The translations under genes were made by a program, and so were the position numbers. A stretch of DNA of 64,000 nucleotides from contig NC_073391.1 in the NCBI RefSeq assembly GCF_028641065.1, forward strand, positions 12,586,001-12,650,000, in the 5' to 3' direction. This DNA is from Leucoraja erinacea. Its lineage: Eukaryota. Position 1 is the stretch's first letter; every line of letters begins with the position of its first letter. The notes under the pieces were generated by a model. It saw only the letters and a list, made by a program, of their open reading frames with translations. It did no database searches and had not been told where the DNA came from. This document shows, in pieces, positions 49,590 through 61,689 of this stretch.

Positions 49590-50900
49590 AAAGGTTCCAC
49601 GTATATAGTGCCTTTAGCTTACCAAAAACACCATAAAATACTTCCTAGAAGTCTTATCAAATGAAAGATTGATAATGATATAACAGAAGGTGTTAAAGCA
49701 TTTGTAATAAGATGTAATAAGATTTGTAGGTAGGTTTTAAAGAGTGACTGAAAGCAAGAATCAGAGAGCGAACCAAAAAGATTTTAGGTGGGAATTCCAA
49801 AACTTGAGATCTTTGCAATTGAATGAAATGGAAGAATGCACATATCTTAGGAAATATAGACTTGGAGGAGGTTACCAAGGAAGGGGCAGGCAAGGCATAG
49901 GCGGTCTTATTTCAAGGATGGAGCAGTGCATATATATAAATTGCTATTACTGGATTATGTTTTTGATTGTGTGTGAATTGTTGTGCTTATGTAATTCTGA
50001 AAACGTTTTTAATAAATCCAAAAACACACATTGGAGGTATGTAATATGCTTCCCGTGCATTAATCTGCATATTCCGCATGTTATGTCACAGTAGATGAGG
50101 AACACAGGAGACATTCATATTGCTTTGGGAAACTTGAAACAGATGCATAGTTTCTCCGGGTTGGTCAGCGGCCACAGATGTAGTGGGTCAACTGGACTCA
50201 GCGTAAGTGTGAGAGCTGCAGAAGATTCTCCTGAATAGGAAGAGTAGTGTGTAGAAGGCCACCAAGGACTGCAGTGCTCACTCTAGGGGTTAACAAAGGT
50301 ATGGGTGAAGGTTTCAGCAATAGGTGACCTGATGAAAACCTGGAGTCAGGCTTCATTAGAAAGTAGATGTAATTTCATTAGAAAGCTGGAGTAACTCAGT
50401 GGGACAGGCAGCATTTCTGGAGAGAAGGAATGGTTGACGTTTTGGGTCGAGACCCTTCGTCAGACCTTTCTTTGATTTAAACCAGCATCTGCAGTTCCTT
50501 TCCATTCTTTCGAAAGTACACAGTTTTTGAGATGGCACGGATATAAGGTCTGAAATTCCATTAAGGGTCGGATATGGCACTGAGATTGCAAATAATAGGC
50601 GCCAATGTTTAGTATTTTTTGGAAAATGCGTAATCAGGCAACCAAATTTATGTTAGTTTGGTGAGAATGGTACTGAGAGAACAGGAGTTGGATCTCATGG
50701 ACCCGACATATTTCCAGAGGTTATGAGGCGATACTAAAGAAGGATGCACATTTGGCACTAAGTTTGGGGAAGTGTGAGACGTTTGCTCTGTCAGACATGG
50801 TAATGAACAAAAGAGGCAGATCCAACATTCTGGATAACCTTAACAATGAGGTTCATGACCTATTGACATTTACCTTTGTTTATGGCAAATGAAAATTGGT
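49590..50900 (-). mobile_element. Decayed L2-like LINE relic containing a pLTR element (50383-50505)
   Basis: Purine-rich antisense L2-like segments. The pLTR motifs are clear. Confidence 0.45.
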
Positions 50901-50982
50901 TTGAGAGGCCATTCAATGCAGGAAAAAAAGAACGGAGGTAATTGTCGCAATCCAGGAATATCCTGTAATAATAAGTCAGGGT

Positions 50983-51400
50983 TTTTTTATTGTGATATGT
51001 CCAGATACATTCTTACTTGCAGAAGCACAACAGATATGTGAACATAGTACACTATAGACACTGGAGTAAACAACAAAAATAAATTCAATATATAAAAAAG
51101 AAACTAACAATATAGTGTAAAGACAATGTCCTTGTGCAATCACAACAGTTTGTGGTTCAAAGTATATTTTGAGTTTGTAGAGTTCAATAGCATGATGGTT
51201 GTTTGCCTGAAGCTTTTAATTTTGTTTGCCTTCTTCCCGATGGCAGGAGTGAAATAAAATGTGACCAGGATGGTGTGGGTCCCTGATGATGCTGGCTGCC
51301 TTTTCGAGGCAGCGCCTCCTGTAGATCCCTTCGAAGGGGAGATGAATACCTATGGTGGAGTGGGCAGTGTCTACCACTTCTACGGCACCACCACATTATA
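50983..51400 (-). mobile_element. Rex-Babar 3' fragment
   Basis: HFISLLPSGRR motif (ORF 51184-51396) and tail. Confidence 0.8.
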
Positions 51401-51664
51401 AGATCAGACAGATTTGACCTACTGACAAAATCAATTTGTCACCATTACCATTCAAGTCTATATCCATTGGGGATACTGAATAAGGAGAGTTACTTGAGTG
51501 GGAAAGAACAATGGATTCCATGCAGACCAGAGTATTGAAAAGTAATGTGGATTTTGCTGAGCAGCTCAATATCTGCCAAAACACTGTAGCATGTAGCATG
51601 TGAATCTTACTTTGTGTATTAAACTCAGCCAGCTTCTCAAATAAAGCAGCTGATCTCGCCTTTC

Positions 51665-52345
51665 TCTAAGGCAGCCCTTGAGATTGATGACACCTTGTCT
51701 TCACTCTAGTTTTGTGAGTTTTAAGATGACCACTGAAGCCAATGGTTCAGTGCTACTTTATCGCCGTGTGGGCAAAGTGCAAATGCACAGTACAATTATT
51801 TACTTACAAACAGTCCTGTGGAGGATCAGCATACCATCCCCGATTAGCAATTGTACAGAAGTAGTCTATTGAGCACACGTGCAAGGCATGTTTTGGCACC
51901 ATTTTCCAAGTCCAGTCCACGCTCAGTTGTTATGAGTGGTGCCAGATCCAGGCGAGTCCCAGGCTTCTGCAGGCCTCCTGCCATCGCCTTCCTTGGTCGA
52001 CCAGCAACCGACTTCCTCGCCACACCCGTCCACCTTTGTTCTCCGGGGATTCCTCCCGCAGCCGACCTTGAAAGTGCAGTAGGCCAGACCCCGGTTCCCT
52101 CTTCTCAACTACAGATGAGGCAGTAAGCGCCCGATGGAGCAAGTACGTATGTGGGTGGTTTGTCGGGACCTTAATCCTGCTTCTTCAGCAGTTGATGAGG
52201 GGGTTGCTGTCTGTTCCCAAAACGTGGACTCAAAGTTCACAATACCATCCTAAATACACCTGCACACTCTAAGTGGTTGTGGGACAGGGAAGTTGCATTT
52301 TGTTTCAAGGTGTCTTTGAACACGTCCTTGAATCTTTTCTTCTGG
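51665..52345 (-). mobile_element. RTE LINE 3' relic with an unrelated GC-rich insert (about 51780-52150)
   Basis: Reverse strand HQKKRFKDVFKDTLKQ (RTE C-terminal motif). Confidence 0.55.
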
Positions 52346-52479
52346 TGATTTGGATTCTCTTGCTGTGTCAAAAATGTGAACAATATTTTACTAACAATAG
52401 AGTTTTTAGTGTCGTACTCAGAAGCATTCTTCCCTTACAAATAATGTAGCACTTTGCTCTGAAGGATTAGCCCTGTTTA

Positions 52480-53290
52480 TAAATCCATTCACAATCAATT
52501 GTAAACTAGTTTAACAGTGGCAATGACAAACTTTGCCTCATTGTCTTTGTCGCTTGTAATTAAGCTGGAAAATTTAGTTAACAAGAAAAGTAAAAAGGAT
52601 GATAATGCAGGCATCGAAGTAGCTGCATATCTATTTATTTTAATTAAGCTGTCTGAAAGTAGCCAGGTGGTAAAAGTTGAGATGCCGTTTAATTTGTCTA
52701 GTCATTCAGATTTCCATTGACAACCATGTGTGAAATTACCAGAGATGTGCACTTAAGTGAATGCAAACCCATTGTGACTCTAATTAGACCATTTCAAGTT
52801 TATTCATAAAGACACAAATTTACTCTAATTTGGATCACATCAGGTTTCACTGTAATATATACAACATCATTTTCCATATTGCACTACCTGTTTCCCATCA
52901 TCATGGCATCTGGCATCTGTTGCTAGAGCTGCATTTAACAAAGTGAATTTTTTTTTTTCTTACATTTTGTCCATAAGTCCAGAGGGATGAGTCTGATCCC
53001 TGTAAATCCGTTTTGGGCATTGTGACCTTGACAGTCCTTTGTCCGGTATTGTAGTTCTTGCTGCAATGCTTTCTCATCATCCGGTTTTAAGGAGATGAAA
53101 GCCACTGTCAATAGGTTGGTGAATGGGACTCACCATTGTCTCTCTTATCATTAGACCGCTCAGAAACTGTGGGCTTGGTTTACAGTGTCAATCAAAGAGA
53201 GCAGATTTTGAAGGCCACCAAAATATTAATAACCATAACCCTTATTATGACTGCACGCTGACAATTATCATTACTGTAACTCCCCATTCT
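52480..53290. promoter_or_regulatory. Candidate conserved enhancer block
   Basis: Repeat-free. Contains SOX (CATTGT, ACAAT), TAATTA, TGACCTTGA and PBX/MEIS TGATTGACA (reverse strand, about 53186-53194) motifs. Confidence 0.4.
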
Positions 53291-54439
53291 TGAGAAAAGA
53301 GAAAATAATGATCTAATGTTTCCCGAATTTTCTTTGCTAGCCAAATAATGGACTTAATAAACACATTTCATTTCTTACATTGACACTAATAACATTTTTA
53401 TCTGCTATAATGAGTGGTACATAAAAAAATAATGTTAACTATGAATGCATAGTACTAATTACTTACTTTGATCAATGTATTTCAATGGAGCAATTAATTT
53501 GTTATGCATATCCTTGGTTGGGGCCGCAACTGTTCATTGAATTTTAATCACTTAGAAATGGTGTGGAAAGCCACATATCCAAATTTGTTGATGACTTTAC
53601 GACAAACAGCACGGTACGCAGTATAACTGGTAACATATATACTGATAGAAATAGTCAGTTCGTTAGAAGTATAGCAATGGAGTGCAGTGGAGGTGTGTGT
53701 GCGCGCGCAAGGTCATTCATGTTGGAATTAAAATGGCCGTTACAGGATACCATTAAATGGTGAAGTCAGAAGCAGTTATGGCAAATTTGCCTACAAAATG
53801 CCATAAATAAATATTGCAATGTTGATATGAACATGGAGTGAAATTATGACAGAGAGACAGAATATTAACAAAGTAGTTATAACCTTGTTATAACCAATGC
53901 CCAAAGAAGTAATAACCTTCCCGTGCCAAGTCCGTAGAGATGCAGGTCGCTGTTCCTGAAGTGCATATTCAAGGTCTTTTTAAATGCCGTGAGGGTTTCT
54001 TCCTCCACCACATCAGACAGTGAGTATTAATCTTTTACTGCCTTCCAGATTCTAAACGTTTAATGATTACTTGGTCTCTCCTTCCTATTTTGACTCCTCT
54101 ATTAAAATAAATAGATTGTCCATACTTACGTACCTTAGCCCCTCATCATTTAATACCATCTTTCAAAGATGACTTGGTCTCTTTGCCACCAACACTAACA
54201 CTGTGTCTCATCATTGTGAAAGATGTTGTCATATTTGTCAGCATAGTTTTTCTGACTGCAAGTGACTTTAACATACATTGTCTAATGTGTAACGTTCAAC
54301 CACTTTGGTCTGAATAAAATCAATCACTATTCACTCTCTGAAGAACTGGCTTTAACTAATGCTGGAGGCTCAGAAGTAATGTTACTTAAAGGTCCATCAC
54401 ACTGAAACTGTATTCCTAGCCAGGATGCTGCATACCATC

Positions 54440-54580
54440 CATTGAGGGTCAATGGTTGTGGGGAGAAGGCAGGCGAATGGGGTTAGGAGGAAATGATAGA
54501 TCAGCCATGATTGAATGGTGAAGTAAACTTGATGGGCTGAATGGCCAAATTCTGCTCCTATCATTAATGACCCTATGATT
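54440..54580 (+). mobile_element. CR1 3' tail
   Basis: GATCAGCCATGATTGAATGG...TTCTGCTCCT. Confidence 0.8.
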
Positions 54581-54819
54581 ACAATACATACTACCTACCA
54601 TCTTCAAATTCTTTGCTGCAACTAAAACCTACTTCCAATGCTCATTGGCCTGGTCCATGCATGCCTTTTAAAGGATGATATGATTGTGCAAAATCAACTC
54701 CCTAGCACCAGACCCACATTCCAGCAGGCATACTAAGATTCAGCACCTTTTCCACCCAGTACTCACAAGGAACCATACAACAATTAAATTTATCTTGTAT
54801 CGTACATTTATCTACACCT

Positions 54820-54918
54820 CAGTCTGAAGAAGGGTTTCGACCCAAAACGTCACCTATTACTTTTCTCCACTGATGCTGCCTGACCCGCTGAGTTAATACA
54901 GCATTTTGTGTCTATCTT
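54820..54918 (+). mobile_element. Penelope pLTR monomer starting at the hammerhead core
   Basis: Perfect 15-bp TSD CATTTATCTACACCT (54805-54819, 54919-54933). CAGTCTGAAGAAGGGTTTCGACCCAAAACGTC. Confidence 0.9.
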
Positions 54919-55239
54919 CATTTATCTACACCTTCAGCTGGAGTAATGTCAGTGTAGGGGCTTTTTCACAAAGTATCCTTACTCATTCCTTGTAAAGCCG
55001 CAAGTACATACTCACACATGTGCCTGAACTGCTCTCATTGTCAAAGTCAAGATCACAACTCTGCAGTAACTGGAAGAGTGCTGTGGTGTTGTGCATGTAA
55101 TGACTGACATGAGTACTTGGGTGCATGTCTAAGTGCCGACATCCATAAGAAATCTGACCTGAGATTTATTTCAGCAATGCCTGCTGCTTCCGAGCTAGCA
55201 CGCCATTACGGGAGAGAACCCAACATTGCGCTGATTTTC

Positions 55240-55945
55240 TGATCTTTTTAGAGCTTTTAGAAGCAGCTTAAGGGAGACATGCAGTTACATATAATGCCAG
55301 AAAATTGCATACTTTTTTTTATCCCTTGGAGGAAGATGTACATAATTCATTATAATGGAGAGACACAGAAAAAATAACAAGAAAGTCTAATGGCATGTTG
55401 TGTGCAAGGATACCAGCAAGTAAAAACAGCTGTACAAACTATTTATTAGACTTCACCTGAGTAGTGTCAGCAGTTCTAGTTACCAGTTAGGAAAGAATGA
55501 TTTGCCTTGAAGGATTGCAACATAGATTTACTGACACCTGTGGTCTTTGATTTTAATTACGTTAAGATTATACAACATATCTTGCATTTCCTGAAATCTA
55601 GATAGTTGGGGGCTGATATGATCAAAGCTTTCAGTATATTAATGAGTGCTCAATTAGGATTTTTTTCCCTGTTTGGTGTGTCTACGATAGTCTGAAAATT
55701 AGAGTTAACCCCTTGGGAATGCAGTTAGGAAATGCTGAACCACAAAGACTGGAAGGAGGTTTAGGACTATCTTCTCAAAATGACAATTGCTGCTGGATAA
55801 ACATAGCTTTAAGTCTGAGGTGGATGTTTATTGGCAAGTACTATAAGGCATATGAGGCAAAGGGTAGTATATGGGGTTAAGATTGGCCAAATCTCATCGG
55901 ACAGTGACACTAAGTCATATAATCCTATTTCTATATTTCTGTACC
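55240..55945 (+). mobile_element. Old CR1 LINE relic
   Basis: Decayed ORF2 C-terminal motifs and tail. Confidence 0.6.
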
Positions 55946-56482
55946 TCTAAATAACCGTAATTATTTAAAAGAATGGCAAAAAAAGACATTTTATGCTTTA
56001 GTGAATAGGACTTTGGCAAATGGTTATTAGAGGGAGTCTCAAACAGATCATATTTGAATAACAATTACAACACTTAGGGAGAAAACAAGGGAACTATAAA
56101 TAATTAAATAAAGTGACATAATTAGTAACTTGAAGGTGAATTAGGAAATCTACATAACAGAAGGAAAATCTGTGTATGTTGTCTGCCCCAAGATTTCATT
56201 TACTTTGGGGCCACATTTTCCGTTAGAATAATTTTAATGTCAATTGAATGGGAGCATTTGAATGTAAGTCAGAGAATACAATGTGATATGTATCATTGTA
56301 TATGGAAAAGTAAAGTATTTTGTGTTGAAAATAGTGATGTGGTGAAATATAAGAGCAACAGACTTGTGCTTTCCAAAGTAGAAAATACACACATTCCCAA
56401 TGCAACGAGCTACTTCAAAACCTTCTCCTGCATAACCACTCTGACTATGATATTACATCCATGTAATCTCTCGAGAGCATAG

Positions 56483-57020
56483 AGAGTCAAGAGTCAAGAG
56501 TGTTTTATTGTCATATGTCCCAGATAGAACAATGGCAGCAGCAAAACAGAATATGTAAACATAGTACACTGTAAACAATATAATAAACGAGAGAGAAAAT
56601 AAATTCAGCGTGTTTATATGTACACACACACACACGCACAGGCACACATACGTACACACAAAAAAACACAATAATAGTGCAATAATAGCAAAAATAGTCA
56701 TTGTAATTCAGGGCTTATTTGACATTGTAGTGTTTAATACCCAAATAGCTGTAGAAAAGAAGCTGTTCCTGAACCTGGACGTTACAGTTTTAAAGGCTCC
56801 TGTACCTTCTTCCCGATGGCAGGGGTGAAATGAGTGTGGCCAGGGTGGTGTGCGTCTCTGCTGATGCTGGCTGCCTTTTTTCCGGTAAATCCCTTCGATG
56901 AGGTCTGAGCTGGAGATGGGACTGGGCAGTGTTCACAACTTTTTGTGGTCTTTTTCGCTTCTGGGCATGCAAGTTGCCGAACCAGGCCATGATGCAACCA
57001 GTCAATACACTCTCAATATT
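56483..57020 (-). mobile_element. Rex-Babar 3' fragment
   Basis: IESVLTGCIMAWFGN...ISPLPSGRRYRSL (ORF 56790-57122) and a (CTCTTGA)n tail. Confidence 0.88.
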
Positions 57021-57254
57021 TCTATGCTTATTAAACTCTGATCTTGGATGTGTGTGTATTTGTGTGTTGTGTGTGTGTGTGTATGTGATGTTCGTGGGCA
57101 TTTCACATCTCCTCGAAAACACAATGCACTAGTGGTGAGATTTTTACAAATTCCGATAGGGATTTATGCCATGATGTCAAACATCGCCTTATCTGAAAAA
57201 TTCATGCATTATTTCTCCAGTTATTTATGTTCACAAATCTCAAACTTGCTTGCA

Positions 57255-57440
57255 CTGCAAGTGACGTCACCCCTATTCTGTCTTCTGTACTTCTTGGCTT
57301 CTTAACTTTCACTTCTTTAAATTCGTCACTTAGCGTTTTTAAACTGCTGCTCAGGTCGTGCTGCGCGCTCTGCTGGGCTCCTTGAAGTTCTAGAACATGG
57401 CGGCGGCGGCTGTTATCGCCGCGCAGATGAGGGTGCGGGC
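57255..57440 (+). promoter_or_regulatory. Promoter/first-exon-like segment inside Helitron
   Basis: CRE palindrome GTGACGTCAC (57261-57270), YY1/Kozak-like AACATGGCGGCGGC (ATG 57397), high CpG density, and a possible donor AGG|GTGCGG at 57432/57433. Confidence 0.45.
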
Positions 57441-57749
57441 CAGCGCGATGGGAAGGTGGCCGTGACGGTCGGGACGGGAAAGGTCGTCTATGGAGACCTG
57501 TGATTCCTCCGTCAATCGCAGGGTCTCGTGGAATCGTGACACCTTTCCTTGCTCGTTATCCAGATCCCACCTGGCGATCTCTGGCCGTCACAGGGGGTAG
57601 GCTTCCCCTCGTGGAAGCCACGATCGGCCGGCCCTCGCTGCTTTTGACCATCCTCAGATCGCGCCCGCCAGCGGCCTCCCTCGAATCTCTGCCGCCCGCT
57701 CGCCATGGGCCCAGCAGCCCACTCGCTCGCAGTCCGCTCGCCTACCCGG

Positions 57750-58132
57750 CTCCCCTCCTCCTCTCCACCCCCCTCTCCTCCCCCCCCCCCCTCCCCCCTC
57801 CCCTTTTCTCCCCCCTCCCCCCCCCGTCTCCTCCCTTCTACCCCTCTTGTCTCCACCCTCCCTCTCTCTCCCCTCCCTCTCCCCTCCTCTCTCCCCCCCT
57901 CTCTCCTCTCTCCCCCCCCCTCTCCCCTCTCCCCTCTCCCCTCCCCCCCCTCCCCCTCCCCCCCCCCTCCTCTCTCTCCCCCCCTTCCTCCCCCCCCCCC
58001 TCTCCCCTCCTTCCCCCCCCCTCCTCCCCCGCTCCCCCTCCCTCCCCCTCCCCTCCACCCACCTCCCCCCCCCCCCCCCCCCACCCCCCCCCCCCCTCCG
58101 TGTGTGTGCGGGGTGGTTAATGTGTGTGGGAC

Positions 58133-58169
<37 letters not shown>

Positions 58170-58170
58170 C
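57750..58170. repeat. Polypyrimidine/poly-C low-complexity tract
   Basis: About 400 bp almost entirely C/T. G-quadruplex/H-DNA potential. Confidence 0.95.
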
Positions 58171-59108
58171 AACCATACATCGAGGGGACGGGACCCAACG
58201 GGTCCCACTTGGTCTGGTGAATTCTAAATATCTCAGGGCTTTACTGCTGCTGCTATTCTGTCTCCCAGCCCTCCCCTCCCACTTTTCCCAAATCATATGA
58301 AGATGCACACCTGGGTACCTTAATACGATATTTACTTTAATTCAGGCATTGGAAGTATATTATTATTATTACTATAAAAAGAAATAAGATTCCCATCCTT
58401 AGGTGCTAGCTGCAAACAACAGTTTAGCAGGATATAGTGTGACCATGCATTTTCCAATAACGTGTGTAAAATGGATATTGTGGATATTGTTTGGCGACGT
58501 AAGAGAATAAAAATGGGGTGCCATCATAGACAACAATAATGAGGTAGCTTCCTTCACAATTATTCCCCCGGTGAAAAACGTGCTGTATTTTTAAGTCACA
58601 ATTCCAGTTGATTTGATATCAGTGAATGAATGCTTATTTTTGTCAATTTTTTCTTTATTTTAGAAGAGATGTTAACCCATTTATTTTAAACAAACCGTAG
58701 AGGATAACATTGTCAGCGAAAGAAAAATATAACAAAATATAACAAAATAATTTCCAATGGGTTGAAAGTGGCAGGTGAGAAGCTGGCTGGCGGTAACGAT
58801 GAGAAATAGATTGGAAACTATCACATCTCCTTCAAGGCCCCCTGAATAGATGCTCTTATAAAAAGATGAACAACCATTTATCATGATCCAGCATCCGTAT
58901 CCTCCAAGAAAGTCATGTGTTCAATTCAAATTTTTACCTGGTGTCCAGTTTCAGAACGTCGCAGTAAAATACGGTTTACACTTGCTCTCCTTCACGGGCT
59001 GGAGTCCAGTTTTCAGTAATCTTGTCTTAGAAGTACCGCTCATGGTACTTTACCTCCAACAAGGAAATATTTAGGTTTGATTATAGAAAATGCTACACAT
59101 AGTCAGAA

Positions 59109-59645
59109 AGTTTAGCTTAGTTTAGTTTAGAGATGCAGCGCAGAAACAGGCCCTTCGGCCCACCGAGTCCGCATCGACCAGCGATCCTTGCACATTAACA
59201 CTATCCTACACACACTAGGAAAATTGACACTTATACCATGCCAATTAACCTACATACCTGTATGTCTTTGGAATTTGGGAGGGAACTGAAGATCTCAGAG
59301 AAAACCCACATAGGTAATGGGGAGGACGTACAAACTCTGTACGGACAAATCTGCACAGACTATTGGTCACCCCTTCACACTGGTTCTATTTTATCCCACT
59401 TCCCCATCCAGTGCCTACACATTAGGAGCATTTGTTCCTGAAGCCAATTAACCTACAACCCCCCCCATATCCTTGGGATGTGAAAGGAACATCCGAAGCA
59501 TCGGAAGGAAACCCACAGGGCAGAGAGTGTACTAGTCACAGAGAGAACATGCAAACTCTATGTAGAGAGAACCCAAGGTCAGGATCAAACCTGGGTCTCT
59601 AGCAGTGTGAGGTGGCAGCTTTACCAGCTGTGCCACTATGCTGCC
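59109..59645 (-). mobile_element. Two adjacent or nested V-SINE copies
   Basis: Young copy 59109-59345 lacking its head, followed by an older copy to 59645. Confidence 0.85.
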
Positions 59646-59951
59646 TTTAGTAAAGTATCAAGTCAAAGTTAGGGTGCTGATCCTCGAGGTCATGCCTGGC
59701 TTCTTCAGAACACTGTTGGTGGTGGAAAAAGACAGTGGGATTGAAATGACGTGAGAGGCAACTAGAAGCTCAGGTTCATGCTTGCAAACTAAACAGAGCT
59801 GTTCTGTAAGTGGGTTCCCCCATGCAGTGAGACCACATCCTCAGTACAGAAAGCAGTGCGCTAAAGTGAGGTGTTTGGTTCCCTTGAAAGTAAGAAGACA
59901 AAAGTCAAAAGGCCATATATTGTATCATTAGGTATGAAATCACAGCAACTA

Positions 59952-60150
59952 CAGCTGCTCCTCGATCCACGATGGGGTTATGTTCAGATAAACCCATCGT
60001 AAACCGAAAATATCGCAAGTCGAAAGCGCATTTAATACATTGTGATCACATGACCGGAAGTGACGTACGGCTTGCTGCCGTTGCCGAGCATTTGCCGATC
60101 GTAAAATCATAATATCGCTAGTCGAAGCATCGTAAATCAGGGAGCACCTG
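59952..60150. mobile_element. Tigger/pogo (Tc1-mariner superfamily) MITE, MER47-like
   Basis: TA|CAGCTGCTCCTCGA...TCAGGGAGCACCTG|TA, with imperfect TIRs and a TA duplication. Confidence 0.85.
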
Positions 60151-60529
60151 TATATTGGGTGGATCCTGGAATGAGATACTATGTTTTCCATGTCTGCATC
60201 TGGTGAAGTTAATTTCTGATTAGTTGTTTCATACTATTCATCCACGGATTTATTGTTAAATTTACGGATTGATCAATTTCGATCATGGATTGAAATTCAT
60301 TCAAAACCATAAATTTAAGGTCCATTTCATGTGGCTTTCAAAAGAAATACTCTTTTCCAAGCAGATGGGAAGAATAAATGAAGATTGTGGGAACAACCAA
60401 CATGACATTGTGGCCATAGCATCTTCCTTGTTCATGGGGCTTGAAAAGCCTCATATATGGAGGTGCAAAGAGTCCAGAGCATTGAGTGGATACTCAATGA
60501 TCTCCTGTGGTCAGATATGAGGTTCCTCA

Positions 60530-60800
60530 TGCAACCAATCTATGTGTGAAATGTTTCACGGTCTGGGATTCATCGCCACAGTTGAACTTTTGCCTCCAAG
60601 CAGCTTCCATCAAGAAGAATGTGGATGCATTGTCTGTGGCCTGAACAGATTCTTTTGAAGGATGTCCACATTCTTTGAGGGAGGCACTTCTACTGTGGGA
60701 TCAATTATGTGGTATTTCTCCAATGCACTGGATACGACCCACAGTTCCTTCCATCTGAATAGTGCCCTCATAACATGGCAGTTGGCTACTTGGCCTTTTG
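60530..60800 (-). mobile_element. Ingi/Vingi-clade LINE C-terminal relic
   Basis: IIDPTVEVP / LPQRMWTSFKRICSGHRQC / NCGDESQTVKH match DPT..PG..LPR..W..LNR.RTG.GRC...C.CG...QT..H. Confidence 0.7.
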
Positions 60801-61689
60801 AATTATTGTAAAGCAGTAGTGCACATTGCTATGGAAAGCTTTTACTCGGAGTCTGTTTTACACATTGCCTGTATTTTACTGGGAAACTAACAAGGCTTAA
60901 AACACTCTCTTGGTAAAAGCTTTCCACAGCAATGTACAAATGTTGCTTTTCAAGAATCAAACATTTTTTTTGCATATTAATCAGTCTTAAATAATCTTCA
61001 TATTGATCCTCCATTTAAAACATGTTTATGAATCACAGAGCTAAAATTTAATTTAATTCATTTCTGTTTGAAGAAAATATCTCCCAGTTTAAGCCATGAA
61101 ATCAAGCTTTTACACTGGGAATTCATATACCCCATATGCTTTCATTTACTGTTATCTTTTTTTTCCATAGACATCTGGGATTAAATACTAGCTGGCACGG
61201 TTACTAAAAATCCTTTCTACATCTGTGAGAAGTAGTATTAGTGAACTTATTTTCTTTAATCACTCTGTTTAATATAGTTAAGCACTTTTCAAGCCTGAAG
61301 TTGAATGCTTTCATGACAAGCAAATAATTTTTAAAAGTTGTATCTTCTGTCCTGTTTCTAAATAAGTTTACATTGAAATCCGTAAATGTGAAGTATTTTG
61401 TAACTATTTTAGTTCTCTGGTTTCATTTTATTTTAACATGGTAATCAAATTATATCATGTCTCTTTTTCAAATATATTTGCATACATTGACGGAACAGCA
61501 CATTTAAATTTAAGGAAGAGATTTAAAAGGTGTGCTGGATTGCAGGAAAATGACAGAGCTTAACATTGAATGAAAGTTTACAAAACATCTGGTAAAGTCT
61601 AACATTAAATATCCATTACTTTGTAATCCATTAATTACATAAAAGGTAATATGTACATTATTTTGTGTTTATATGTTTATATTTTATGT

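Larger units (their letters stand above)
57021..58217 (+). mobile_element. Non-autonomous Helitron with CpG-rich cargo
   Basis: 5' TCTATGCTTATTAAACTCTGATCTTG (cf. TCTATATTACTAAAAGTCTGATCTTG at 22827). 3' GGGACCC-AAC-GGGTCCC-ACTTGGT-CTGG|T fits CTRR. Confidence 0.8.

Noticed and set aside
57500-58227. Long Pro-rich and Gly-rich ORFs on both strands
   Set aside because: They result from the stop-free C/T low-complexity tract inside a Helitron.
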